Origin: Balanoglossus misakiensis | Taxonomy: Eukaryota; Animalia; Hemichordata | DNA: 64,000 bases | Assembly (NCBI GenBank): GCA_040954595.2 | Contig: CM082576.2 | Location: 13,953,129 to 14,017,128, forward strand | Direction: 5' to 3' | In this document: one piece after another, positions 49,199-59,636 of the stretch | Position numbering within the stretch: the stretch's first letter is position 1 | Layout of the letters: each line of letters begins with the position of its first letter | Program-made: the position numbers and the translations under genes | The notes under the pieces: generated by a model | Told to the model about the DNA's origin: nothing | The model's input: the letters and a program-made list of their open reading frames with translations, nothing else | Database searches by the model: none

Positions 49199-50863
49199 CT
49201 ACAGCTCCAAGATCAACTTTGCCTTCTTCGCTATTGCATCTTTGTCGAGTTTCCCGGTTGGACCAGTGGGCAATGATTGGAAAAACACAACATACTTTGG
49301 AACAACGAATGTGGGCAAATGAACTGCAGCATACTGCAAAATATCCTCTGCAGTCGCTTCTTCTCCCGTTTTCAGACAAACACACGCACATACTTCTTCA
49401 ACTAGTCGTTCATCGGGAACGCCAACAGTATATGACATTTCTACCTTGGGGTGCACATTCAACACTTTGTCAACTTCTTGAGGATATATGTTGGTTGCTC
49501 CCCTTATGATGACGTCTTTCTTTCGCCCGATGACGTCAATGCAGCCATCATCTTCCATCACACAAAGATCACCAGTGTGGTACCAACCGTGGTCATCCAA
49601 GACTGCCTTAGTCTGTTCTTCGTCACCCTCATACCGTAGCATCATGGAAGGTGATCTAATGCACAGTTCGCCTATTGTTCCAAGAGGCACTATCAGACCA
49701 TCGTCGTTGATTATTTTCATCTCATTGTGACCAACTAAATAACCACATTTCTCGAACTTCTCGGGATTGGTGTTGAACGTCAAAAAGCCAACCTCTGTAC
49801 AGCCCAGTACACTGTATATGTTCTGACAGACCTGAATTCTGAGCTTTAGAAAGGTTTCCCTCAGAATTCTATTCCCGGTTAAAAGTAAGTATCGGAGAGA
49901 ATGCAGTTGACGCGCCCGCAGTTTAGGGGAATGCATCAGATCGAATAAACGTGCAAACATCAGGCAGGCAACTGTGACATTCTCTTGCTCGATCAAATCT
50001 ATCACTTCCTCTGCCCCGGATTCTTGATCCGGTACGACAGTTTTAAATCCGTGACAAACGCCCATAACGGTAGAGAGCTCTCCGGAGGCATGAGCGAATT
50101 TGCTTAACGAGATAAAACACACTTCTGTGTTTACCGTTTCTAACAAGTGTCGACCGTAGGTGTACGTGTTCTCCATAGAAGATCTATGGGATCTGACCAC
50201 GCCTTTAGGAAACCCTGTACTGCCAGATGTAAATAGAATCATTATTTCATCGTCCTGTTGGACAGTTCTCCGTAATTTATCAACACACTCAATATCTCTT
50301 TCATCACTAATCTTCATCACATCTTCAAATCGAACCATTCCTGGCTTGTAGTCTTGGCCGAGGTGAATTACCGTTCGGAGCGTTGGTATTTTTGTCATGG
50401 TTTGACCGTTTGCCATGTTTGCTGTCTCTGTTGCGGCAACCAACACAATGTGCTCTTGGTCACCAGGTGCGACGATAAATGCAACCACTTTCGTTTTATT
50501 GGCCAGTCGTTCTATGTACTCTGAATTGTAGCCAACCAGAAATCGGACACACACCAGTTTGGTGTAAGCCATCGCATAAAGGGAACTGACCCACTCATAG
50601 CAATTATTGGCCAAGATGCCAACACGTTCACCTGGCTGCAGACCCAGGTGCACAAAGCCAGAAGCCAAGCTGATGACGTCTTTGCGTAGTTGTTTAAATG
50701 TGACACGCTGCTTTGTGTTGTCTTTTGAAGCAAAGACAAAAGCCTCCTTATCAGGAAAGTCGGTTGCTGATTGATCCAGTATATCACACAAAGTCTTCCC
50801 TGTCAAAGGTGTACTGGATGCGGCATGTAGATAGCTGTGTCTGGGTTTGTTCGCTCTGTACAT
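49199..50863 (-). CDS. ACSF2: ACSF2-like acyl-CoA synthetase, copy 4, 554 aa
   Basis: Intact ORF with the same ANL motifs; P-loop LFTSGSTGFPKGV. Confidence 0.88.
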   Translation of the reverse strand: MYRANKPRHSYLHAASSTPLTGKTLCDILDQSATDFPDKEAFVFASKDNTKQRVTFKQLRKDVISLASGFVHLGLQPGERVGILANNCYEWVSSLYAMAYTKLVCVRFLVGYNSEYIERLANKTKVVAFIVAPGDQEHIVLVAATETANMANGQTMTKIPTLRTVIHLGQDYKPGMVRFEDVMKISDERDIECVDKLRRTVQQDDEIMILFTSGSTGFPKGVVRSHRSSMENTYTYGRHLLETVNTEVCFISLSKFAHASGELSTVMGVCHGFKTVVPDQESGAEEVIDLIEQENVTVACLMFARLFDLMHSPKLRARQLHSLRYLLLTGNRILRETFLKLRIQVCQNIYSVLGCTEVGFLTFNTNPEKFEKCGYLVGHNEMKIINDDGLIVPLGTIGELCIRSPSMMLRYEGDEEQTKAVLDDHGWYHTGDLCVMEDDGCIDVIGRKKDVIIRGATNIYPQEVDKVLNVHPKVEMSYTVGVPDERLVEEVCACVCLKTGEEATAEDILQYAAVHLPTFVVPKYVVFFQSLPTGPTGKLDKDAIAKKAKLILEL

Positions 50864-52139
50864 CGTGAATGATTACCTGTAAGAGAAAATACAGTCAACG
50901 ATTAATTAACATTTACTTTAGGTATTTTAAAATGGACGCAGATAGTTGGCAAGTTAGTTAACAGGGTTGCCTTTACCGGGTTCACACTGCACAGTGTTCA
51001 AGCCTTGTTCTCACTGTAACGTTTTCAACGGTGTAGCAACGCCCCCGACTCCGACAGAAAATAAACGTGTGAACGGTTTCCGACGCCACTGCGCCGGCGT
51101 TAATTTACGGCGGCGGCGGTTCAGGATCGGAGCTCTGACGCAAATATACTGTGAGAAAGCACAGATAAATTAAAAAAACATTCAAAAGCACCACTGCGAC
51201 TGTTGGGCATGTTTACAAGGTAACCCATTGTCTTTGATCATTTTTCTGTTGTGAAGTCAACTGTGATAGACGCGAGTAGTTTTCTAACCACACTCGCTGG
51301 TTTTGAATACCCGTGAAGAATACGGATTTCTTTGGGAGGATAATTTTGCGACGTATCTATTTATTAATGTAACATTAGACTGCTTGGTTGGTTGCTTCCA
51401 GTTTTGGCCCATATATCACGGATGTGAGCCAGGGAGTGAATCCACGTACGAACATACAGTACATATCACGTGATAAATCCCCAGGAAGCAATCGATCCTA
51501 CCTCACTCTAATTCTCACTCGGCATATCAATCATCAATCATATACATGGTGTAAGCTGCTTCGCAAGCTTGCTTTCAATCAGTCAACAACGTGAAGACAT
51601 TTGAGCTCCGTAGATAAACAGTCTAAACGTAGGGCCAATGAGTGCAAACCTTGGGAGACTTGAATTACATAGACTATGGAAGAGCCCGGCTTTTAGCTGA
51701 TTTGTCAATGACAGAATTAAATACCACATTCTCCCCAAGTACAACGAAAACTAATCGTTTTGTACGCCTTTTATCGGACGGGTATGCAATTATCCCAAAA
51801 TAGTTTCAATCGTGTCGATGTTGTTCAATGTTCGTCACGGCTGAGATGCGTTAGGATTGGCGGATCTGATATTGTCCAATCGACTACAGTTCGTAATCAC
51901 GGTGTTAAGCTTATCAGGATAGTGTCATGTTTCCAAAATGTCATGGAACGTAGTACAGTTTGTTTTCTGAACCGTATCAAAGAGCACTTTGAGATTTATC
52001 ATAGCAGTATCGTGTTAATGAACGGCTATTTCCGTATTAAATATTTTGTGCTCCAAAGTTCCGGCAGCGAAATTGATGAAACTTGTCAGAGATATAGCTT
52101 TCACATGTTATTAACCTGTTCTTCTAGATCAAAAATTGG

Positions 52140-55100
52140 TGAAAGCACGACCCAAAGGGGTGGCAACTATCCTGCAGACTTTGCTAAATCGCACCCTAGC
52201 ACCTGTATTTTTCACAACCCTGGGAATTTTACATTGTTTGTTTCAAAGACTACAAGTAAGGAGTATGACGTGGCCGGGCTGCAAATTTCAAAATCCCCTG
52301 TAGTCTCACACTCTGCTGGGAAGAACATTAATATGTGAAAAAATCGAAATTTGACGTGACTTACCTCCAAAACTGCTTGAATACAAATACACTTCGCCAA
52401 CTGAAACCACTCTATCGCAGAAGTTCTGGGTGCGCAGTTAATTTGCTTCGTACGCAAGATGCTCTGAGGGCAAGGATTGAGTTAACTTGCTTCGTAGGCA
52501 AGATGCTGTAAGGGCAAGGGTCGATGGTTTTTACATAGAAGAACTGAATGGGCATATAATTATGTTTCCCAGATTTGATCTATATAAACTTTGATATCTA
52601 TGCCATGAAAAATGGAGGACCAGTCTCACGTTGTTTCTTCCGTGTTTAATTATTATATTCAAATAATTAGTAATGGGCTTGCGAATTCCAGGAGTTTAGT
52701 AATAGTATTAAGAAAAGCGACTGATGCTCTTTCATTCGGGGAGCTGTTCACCCCCATGTAATACTTATTAAAACCCATGTCTCCCCGACTGCAACGAAAG
52801 TATTGGGCATAGGTCGTGTAAGGACACAATGTAACCCCATCATTCATCCTTGAGCCAGACCAACGAAATTGGCCGAACGATTGCGTATTCAAACTAACGT
52901 AAACATGTTTGTTATCCAATCTTTCAGCCATACAATTATTGTTGCGAATATTACAGAGTTCTTGAGAAATGCCATACTCAGCCATCAACATGACGTTTCC
53001 GGACAGGCATATTCGCGTCGTTTGCTTTGCATAATGGCAATTAGTATATATACACAATGAGAAGAGTATTTGACCTTTCACGGAACAGAATGAATAATGG
53101 GGGTCGCACTTTACAAGACCTTATTAGTATGTCCGGTATCTTCTTTGCAGTCGGGGAGACGTGGGTTGTACTAATATACTGTGGGTGTTCCCGATGAACG
53201 ATTTGTGGAAGAAATGCGTGCCTGTGTTTCCTTAAAAGAAGGCGAAGAAGCGACTGCAGACGATATTTTGCAGTTCGCAGCGGCTCATTTGTCAACATTG
53301 GTCGTTCCAAAGTATGTTGTGATTTTCCAATCATTGCCCACTGGCCCAACCGGGAAACTAGACAAAGATGCGTTAGCGGAGAAGGCAAAGCTGACCTTGA
53401 CGTTGTAAATTACAACACCGGACTAATGTATGTGTTCATAACTGTAACTGAATCTACTACACCAAGAGTAACGCAAATCTCGAAACCAAAATATATTCCT
53501 CCTATATACTACGTTTTAATTTCTAGACATTGTCATAGTGAATGTATGTCATATGTGTCGATGCTTAGCAATAGTTTTGGTTATCGTGGTCATATAGGTA
53601 TTTTAGCCAACAAATTGAAATCAACATTTTGTAAGTAATTAGGTGTGTATTTGACGAATCTTCTGTTACCGATCTTTGATAATATACTTTACAAAAGAAT
53701 TTTCAAAATACTAAAATAAAATCATTGACCCTTTAAAACGTCTTTCTAATTTCTGAGTCCATGTAAACGACACATAGGTGCCTGTACACCATTGTGAATT
53801 TTATCTTACGTTGTTAAGTATCCATATTGTTCTGATGAGAATTTTTTTGGAGAAGTGGTGCACACATATTATATTCATGTAGACCGTCACAAAAGTGATT
53901 GAGATGAAATCTAAATCTTGTAAGTAACCCTATACATGTATTTGATTACATTTAATTAGTTTTAGGGGTAGAATCGAACAACTCACACCAGAACGAGACA
54001 CGAGAAGAAACCTGAAGGATAACTGATCCGACTTCTACGATTGTAATGTATTTGTAGAAGCAAATGAATAAAAAAACTTTTCAGAAAAAAATGAACGTAA
54101 TTGCCTTTTTGCTCATTAAACTCAGTAAACGCGCCTTTCCAGAAACATGCGTGTGGATACAAAATCCAGATGAATGCGGCATTTCTCATGAATTCTCCAA
54201 TAACCGTCCTTAAGGTTTCGCAAGACTGGATAGCAAGCATTTTTACTTTATGTTTGGTATAGGCCATTTGATCTATGTATTATTTAAATTACATACACCA
54301 TTTTATGAAAAACTGTGTCTGGATACGGTCCAACAAAATCGTCTGGGTAAGGCTGAAGGATTGGATAGCAAACATATTTACGTTTGAATTCGGCCCAACA
54401 AAATCGTTCGGTCAATTTTGTTTGTCTTGCTTGAAGGAAGAATAATGGGGTCGCACTTTGTCCTTGTAAGACCTCAGAACAAACCCTTCATTTTCTTTGC
54501 AGTCGGGAGATATGGATTTCACTACATGTTGCGTAGGGGTGGGCAGCCCCTCTCGAATGAAAGAGCACCAGTCGGTTTTCTTAATAGTAAGCTCCCGGAA
54601 TTCGCATGCCCATTACTAATTAATTGGGTAGAATTAAACACGGAAGAAACATCGCAAAATGTGAGACTGGTCCTCCCTATTTATGGCACACATGTCAAAG
54701 TTAGATCAAATCTGCGAAACATATATACCCACAGAATTCTTCTATGTGAAAACTACCGACCCTTGCCCTTACAGCATCTTGCCTACGCGAAGCAAATTAA
54801 CTGTGCACACAGAACTTCTGTGATCGAGTGTTTTCAGTTGGCGAAGTGTGTGTGTGTATTCATGACAAGTAGGTTTTGAGGTAAGTCACTTTACACGTGG
54901 AATTTTCTACTTATTTATGTTTTCTACAGGAGAGTGTGTGTCTACAGGTGATTTTGAAATTTTGTCGCCTGGCCGTGTCATCTCCCTATACGTACAGCCT
55001 ATATAATACACGTCTGATTCCCAGGGTTGTGAAAAATACAGGCGCAGCGGTGCGATTCATTTAGCAACGTCTGTAGGATAATTGCCGCGAGGATACCTGA

Positions 55101-55140
55101 AGTGTTTACATACCACCGTTTGGGTTGTGCGTTTACGAAT
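52140..55140. repeat. Diverged inverted repeat (about 52140-52750 vs 54545-55140) between head-to-head copies 4 and 5
   Basis: For example, 52390-52460 acttcgccaactgaaaccactc...gcagttaatttgcttcg is the reverse complement of 54785-54848. Each arm holds a candidate first-exon donor (52365 on -, 54880 on +). Confidence 0.8.
53175..53408 (+). pseudogene. 5'-truncated ACSF2-like fragment (C-terminal ~77 codons plus some 3' UTR homology)
   Basis: YTVGVPDERFVEEMRACVSLKEGEEATADDILQFAAAHLSTLVVPKYVVIFQSLPTGPTGKLDKDALAEKAKLTLTL* aligns to the C-terminus of the intact copies. Homology stops abruptly upstream, and it is more diverged than copies 1-5 are from each other. Confidence 0.85.
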
Positions 55141-56357
55141 TTGATGTAACAGAACAGATAAATTACACGTGAAATCCTTAGTAAGTATCATGGAGTTCAC
55201 TGATGAGTTATGGGGCTATAGTTGCCCAAATGTATTTCATATGTAATATGGCACTAGTTACAAAAGTCAATTCAATATGCAAGAAAGAAGATCATAGTCA
55301 TGAAAGTTGAAGAACCATCAAAACCTTTTCAGATTTCTATCTGTGGATGGTTTTATCGAAATTGGAGCATAATGTACAGTATGCTGTCCCGGTGCTGTCT
55401 TTGACACGCACTGTCGTGCACACAAGTTTTTAAACGTTTTGAAGCATTGGATTTAAATGTATACAATGAATTCATGGTTAAATTGAGAAAGTTTCCTGAC
55501 AGGTCAATTATTATAACTCATTGTGAAATGTATGTGTAATAGGCTATATTGCATTTATACAAACTATACACATCAAATGTGCCTGCGCAAATATATAGCG
55601 TTTACTCTTACTCAGAGGTCGCGCTCCCAAGATTGCGCCGGCGTCGTGAATTTAGACAAAGAAAGCGTGCACGTGAGCGACTGGGGGTAACAAAGAAAAA
55701 AGTTCAAAGATCGTTCAGCAACAGAGCAAGTAGATGGGTACTCCCCCCCGCCATTTATTACATAGGCCTATACGTTATTACATGCTTGTTTATTCACCCG
55801 ACTCGGGTGAATAAACAAGCACTCACAGTATAGCTATCTCAAATGTGGACTGTGTCTGAAGCAACCCTTAAGGTCACATTTTGACCTTTTTCACTTTTGA
55901 CCCAATGCATTGACTTTCTGTGTTTTGTCGTTTTAATACAAATGTTCACTGTTATCACGGGGTCTTCTTCGTAGCACAACGCCCATAGTGTACCGTGCCC
56001 ATAACCTTGTATGATCTTGACACTTCAAAATAATATGTGTCCACACAATTTGGTTGAAGCCTTTACACGTGACACCCGCATTGATATCTGTCAGTTGTCA
56101 TGATCGAGAAAGCCCATAATGTACATACCAATATCACAATATATCACAGATGATATCATTTATCTTACATATGCCACACTTATCGACAAGATCAAGTTAC
56201 TGACATACAAGCATAGACACGTATTCCCCTGAAGTAACCAAATGCTTAAAACATAGCAAATGCACACACACATGCATGCATGTTGCAAACTGTAATATTT
56301 CCAGGGGTTAATTAATTAATCGTTGACTGTATGTTCTCCTACAGGTAACCATTCACG

Positions 56358-58022
56358 ATGTACAGAGCGTCCAAACCCAGACACAGCTATCTACATGCCG
56401 CATCCAGTACACCTTTGACAGGGAAGACTTTGTGTGATATACTGGACCAATCAGCAACCGACTTTCCTGATAAGGAGGCTTTTGTCTTTGCTTCAAAAGA
56501 CAACACAAAGCAGCGTGTCACATTTAAACAACTACGCAAAGACGTCATCAGCTTGGCTTCTGGCTTTGTGCACCTGGGTCTGCAGCCAGGTGAACGTGTT
56601 GGCATCTTGGCCAATAATTGCTATGAGTGGGTCAGTTCCCTTTATGCGATGGCTTACACCAAACTGGTGTGTGTCCGATTTCTGGTTGGCTACAACTCAG
56701 AGTACATAGAACGACTGGCCAATAAAACGAAAGTGGTTGCATTTATCGTCGCACCTGGTGACCAAGAGCAAATTGTGTTGGCTGCCGCAACAGAGACAGC
56801 AAACATGGCAAACGGTCCAACCATGGCAAAAATACCAACGCTCCGAACGGTAATTCACCTCGGCCAAGACTACAAGCCAGGAATGGTTCGATTTGAAGAT
56901 GTGATGAAGATTGGTGATGAAAGAGATATTGAGTGTGTTGAGAAAATACGGAGAACTGTCCAACAGGACGATGAAATAACGATTTTCATGACATCTGGCA
57001 GTACAGGCTTTCCTAAAGCTGTGGTCAGATCCCATAGATCTCCCATAGAGAACTTGTACACCTCCGGTCGACACTTGTTAGAAACGGTAAACACAGAAGT
57101 GTGCTACATCTCGTTAAGCAAATTCGCTCATTCCTCCGGCGAGCTCTCTACCGTTATGGGCGTTTTCCACGGATTTAAAACTGTCGTACCGGACCACGAG
57201 TCCGGGGCAGAGGAAGTTATAGATTTGATCGAGCAAGAGAATGTCACGGTTGCCTATCTTATGTTTGCACGTTTACTCGATCTGATGCGTTCCCTTAAAC
57301 TGCGGCCGCGTCAACTGCGTTCCCTCAGGCACTTAATTGTATCCGGGAATATAATTCTGGGGGAAAGGTTCCAAGAGCTGCAGAGTCAGGTCTGCCAAAG
57401 CATCCACAATATGCTGGGCTGTACAGAGGTTGGCGTTTTGACGTTCAACAACAATCCGGAGAAGTTCGAGAAATGTGGTTATTTAGTCGGTCACAATGAG
57501 ATGAAAATAATCAACGACGAGGGTCTGATAGTGCCTCTTGGAACAATAGGCGAACTGTGCATTAGATCACCCTCCATGATGCTACGGTATGAGGGTGACG
57601 AAGAACAGACTAAGGCAGTCTTGGATGACCACGGTTGGTACCACTCTGGCGATCTTTGTGTGATGGAAGATGATGGCTGCATTGACGTCATCGGGCGAAA
57701 GAAAGACGTCATCATAAGGGGAGCAACCAACATATATCCTCTAGAAGTTGACAAATTGTTGCATGTGCACCCCAAGGTAGAAATGTCATGTACTGTTGGC
57801 GTTCCCGATGAACGACTAGTTGAAGAAGTATGTTCTTGTGTTTGTCTGGAAACGGGAGAAGAAGCGACTGCAGAGGATATTTTGCAGTTTGCTGCAGTTC
57901 ATTTGCCCACATTCGTTGTTCCAAAGTTTGTTGTGTTTTTCCAATCATTGCCCACTGGTCCAACCGGGAAACTCGACAAAGATGCAATAGCGAAGAAGGC
58001 AAAGTTGATCTTGGAGCTGTAG
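56358..58022 (+). CDS. ACSF2: ACSF2-like acyl-CoA synthetase, copy 5 (inverted), 554 aa
   Basis: Intact ORF. Acceptor ctcctacag|56345 just before the ATG; candidate upstream non-coding exon donor GAG|GTAAGT at 54880/54881. Most divergent copy in the central substrate-binding region. Confidence 0.88.
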   Translation: MYRASKPRHSYLHAASSTPLTGKTLCDILDQSATDFPDKEAFVFASKDNTKQRVTFKQLRKDVISLASGFVHLGLQPGERVGILANNCYEWVSSLYAMAYTKLVCVRFLVGYNSEYIERLANKTKVVAFIVAPGDQEQIVLAAATETANMANGPTMAKIPTLRTVIHLGQDYKPGMVRFEDVMKIGDERDIECVEKIRRTVQQDDEITIFMTSGSTGFPKAVVRSHRSPIENLYTSGRHLLETVNTEVCYISLSKFAHSSGELSTVMGVFHGFKTVVPDHESGAEEVIDLIEQENVTVAYLMFARLLDLMRSLKLRPRQLRSLRHLIVSGNIILGERFQELQSQVCQSIHNMLGCTEVGVLTFNNNPEKFEKCGYLVGHNEMKIINDEGLIVPLGTIGELCIRSPSMMLRYEGDEEQTKAVLDDHGWYHSGDLCVMEDDGCIDVIGRKKDVIIRGATNIYPLEVDKLLHVHPKVEMSCTVGVPDERLVEEVCSCVCLETGEEATAEDILQFAAVHLPTFVVPKFVVFFQSLPTGPTGKLDKDAIAKKAKLILEL

Positions 58023-59599
58023 ATCACAGCACTGTACTATAAACGAATGCGTAAATGAATCTACCACACCAGGAGTAACGTCAATCTTGTACCAAAATAA
58101 TTCTGTCCCATGTTTACAAAAAACTACAACTGTTTCACTTCAGTTTGGTTGATTTTTGGCGGGTGCGCAGTCCATCACTTCAACAGTAGGGACTGGTCAG
58201 TTTCTTCCGCCTGGGAGGGGGGGGGGGGGTGGTGGATTATATTGTGGATATCAAAAAGTGACTGACCCCCTCCTTTCCCGCCAAGTTTACATAAATGGTG
58301 TAAAATTGCTTTCGTAGAAACTTAAAAGTATAATATACGGGCTGCATTTTAACGTCTCACCTCTGGGATGATGAAGATATTGATCGTCAAAAGAGATCAT
58401 TTTACATTTCGGCTAATATGTTTTTGAATTTTCTTTGTAATATGTGAAATGTACGATCTTTAAAGCGTAGTTATCAACTGTGTGGTTCACACCTTTGGCT
58501 TAAATATTCTCCTGGAGCTATGATGAAAACTGAGAGTTGCTTATAATATTGCTCGTATTTTTCTGGGATGCAAGACCCATGTTTGTTTCAAACGATCTGT
58601 ATAATTTTAGCAGTTTACTGAGAAAACAAATGTATCGATTGTATATATTGCGAATTTCTACAAGTCACAATGCTTATTTTTTCATCTGAATCACACAAGT
58701 TCTTGATTGATTTCCTTTAGCTTTTTGTTCTGGGATAAGTTTTTGACCGACAGCCCTCTCGTCGGTGCTTTTCTATACGTGTATTCATTCATTTATGTGA
58801 CAGTGTTTCTATGGACATGTACAGTCCGAATTAAATAGAGAATAATATCACATTCGAGCAGAAATTGTCTAGTATACAATCAAATAGACTCTTTAGCGAA
58901 AATATTTTTACAGTGTCAAATTACAATAAGATGTCAATGAATTCGTGAAGATCAACATTTTAATGTAGTGTTCCTCTTTTAGAACACATCTGATGAACTT
59001 GAAGCCCTATTTTGCAAATGTATTAATTCATAAGACGTATCACAATAAAAGAAAAATCTAACCAAATGTGTGTCATGCACTTTGGGGTAAGGGTTCGGTG
59101 AGGAGAGAGACAGAATGGCCTTGCAAGATATAAGAGACGGAATACGTCGATGTCAAACAACCAAATTCAACTCTGACTGTTATGTTTGCTTCAAACACTG
59201 CAACATCCGCCAAAATCTCACCAGTAACAGCCACAGCTTGCCAGTAAAGTCGAATAACTGATTTGCTGGTTGATCGATCGATCGATCGATTGGTTGGTTG
59301 CCTGCCTGTTTGCTTGCTTGATTGCTTGATTGATTGCTTGATTGATTGTAGTAGCCCATCGCCGGACCTATACAGTATTAAACAGTCTTCGACTAAGAAA
59401 CTACATTCTGAATCATTTGTGGCGCGCCATCATGCGTCGCAATTGCGCAACTCGACTTGTTTGACCTTGGGCAATGACATGTCAGCACAGCCGCTGCAAA
59501 CCCAGTATCTCACTCAGCTGGCTGGACAGGTGGTGTACGCGTGTGTGCATGAACTTCGCAGTCGGCTAACTTTTAGTGACTGCAGATATTAATGTAGAG

Positions 59600-59609
59600 T
59601 ATATATAAG
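59600..59609 (+). promoter_or_regulatory. TATA-like box of the YeeE-like gene
   Basis: TATATATAAG about 30-37 nt upstream of the ATG at 59637; this would imply a very short 5' UTR. Confidence 0.35.
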
Positions 59610-59636
59610 GACGACATCGCCACAAATAGTGTTGTC

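Larger units (their letters stand above)
30660..52420 (-). repeat. Tandem segmental duplication array, about 4 units of 5.2-5.6 kb, each with an ACSF2-like gene
   Basis: ORF offsets are 5563, 5554 and 5240 bp. Intergenic sequence is repeated nearly verbatim (e.g. 36150-38400 vs 41700-43960; partial copies at 30660-32840 and 46290-49200). Confidence 0.93.

Noticed and set aside
30660-52420. CRISPR-like or prokaryotic operon interpretation of the repeated array
   Set aside because: Repeats are kb-scale segmental duplications with spliceosomal signals and eukaryotic MITEs; there are no short repeat-spacer units or cas genes.
55871-55887. AGGTCA-n5-TGACCT as a classical estrogen response element
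   Set aside because: Spacing is 5, not 3; only the extended half-site was retained as a candidate ERRE.
32842-58022. Calling the enzymes luciferases or NRPS adenylation domains
   Set aside because: Only superfamily-level motifs are shared. No PTS1 and no carrier or condensation domain; the N-terminal motif fits ACSF2. Function cannot be read from sequence.
32813-58042. Many recurring 60-125 aa ORFs overlapping the ACSF2-like genes and spacers
   Set aside because: Antisense or alternate-frame shadows that recur only because the DNA is duplicated; no protein motifs.
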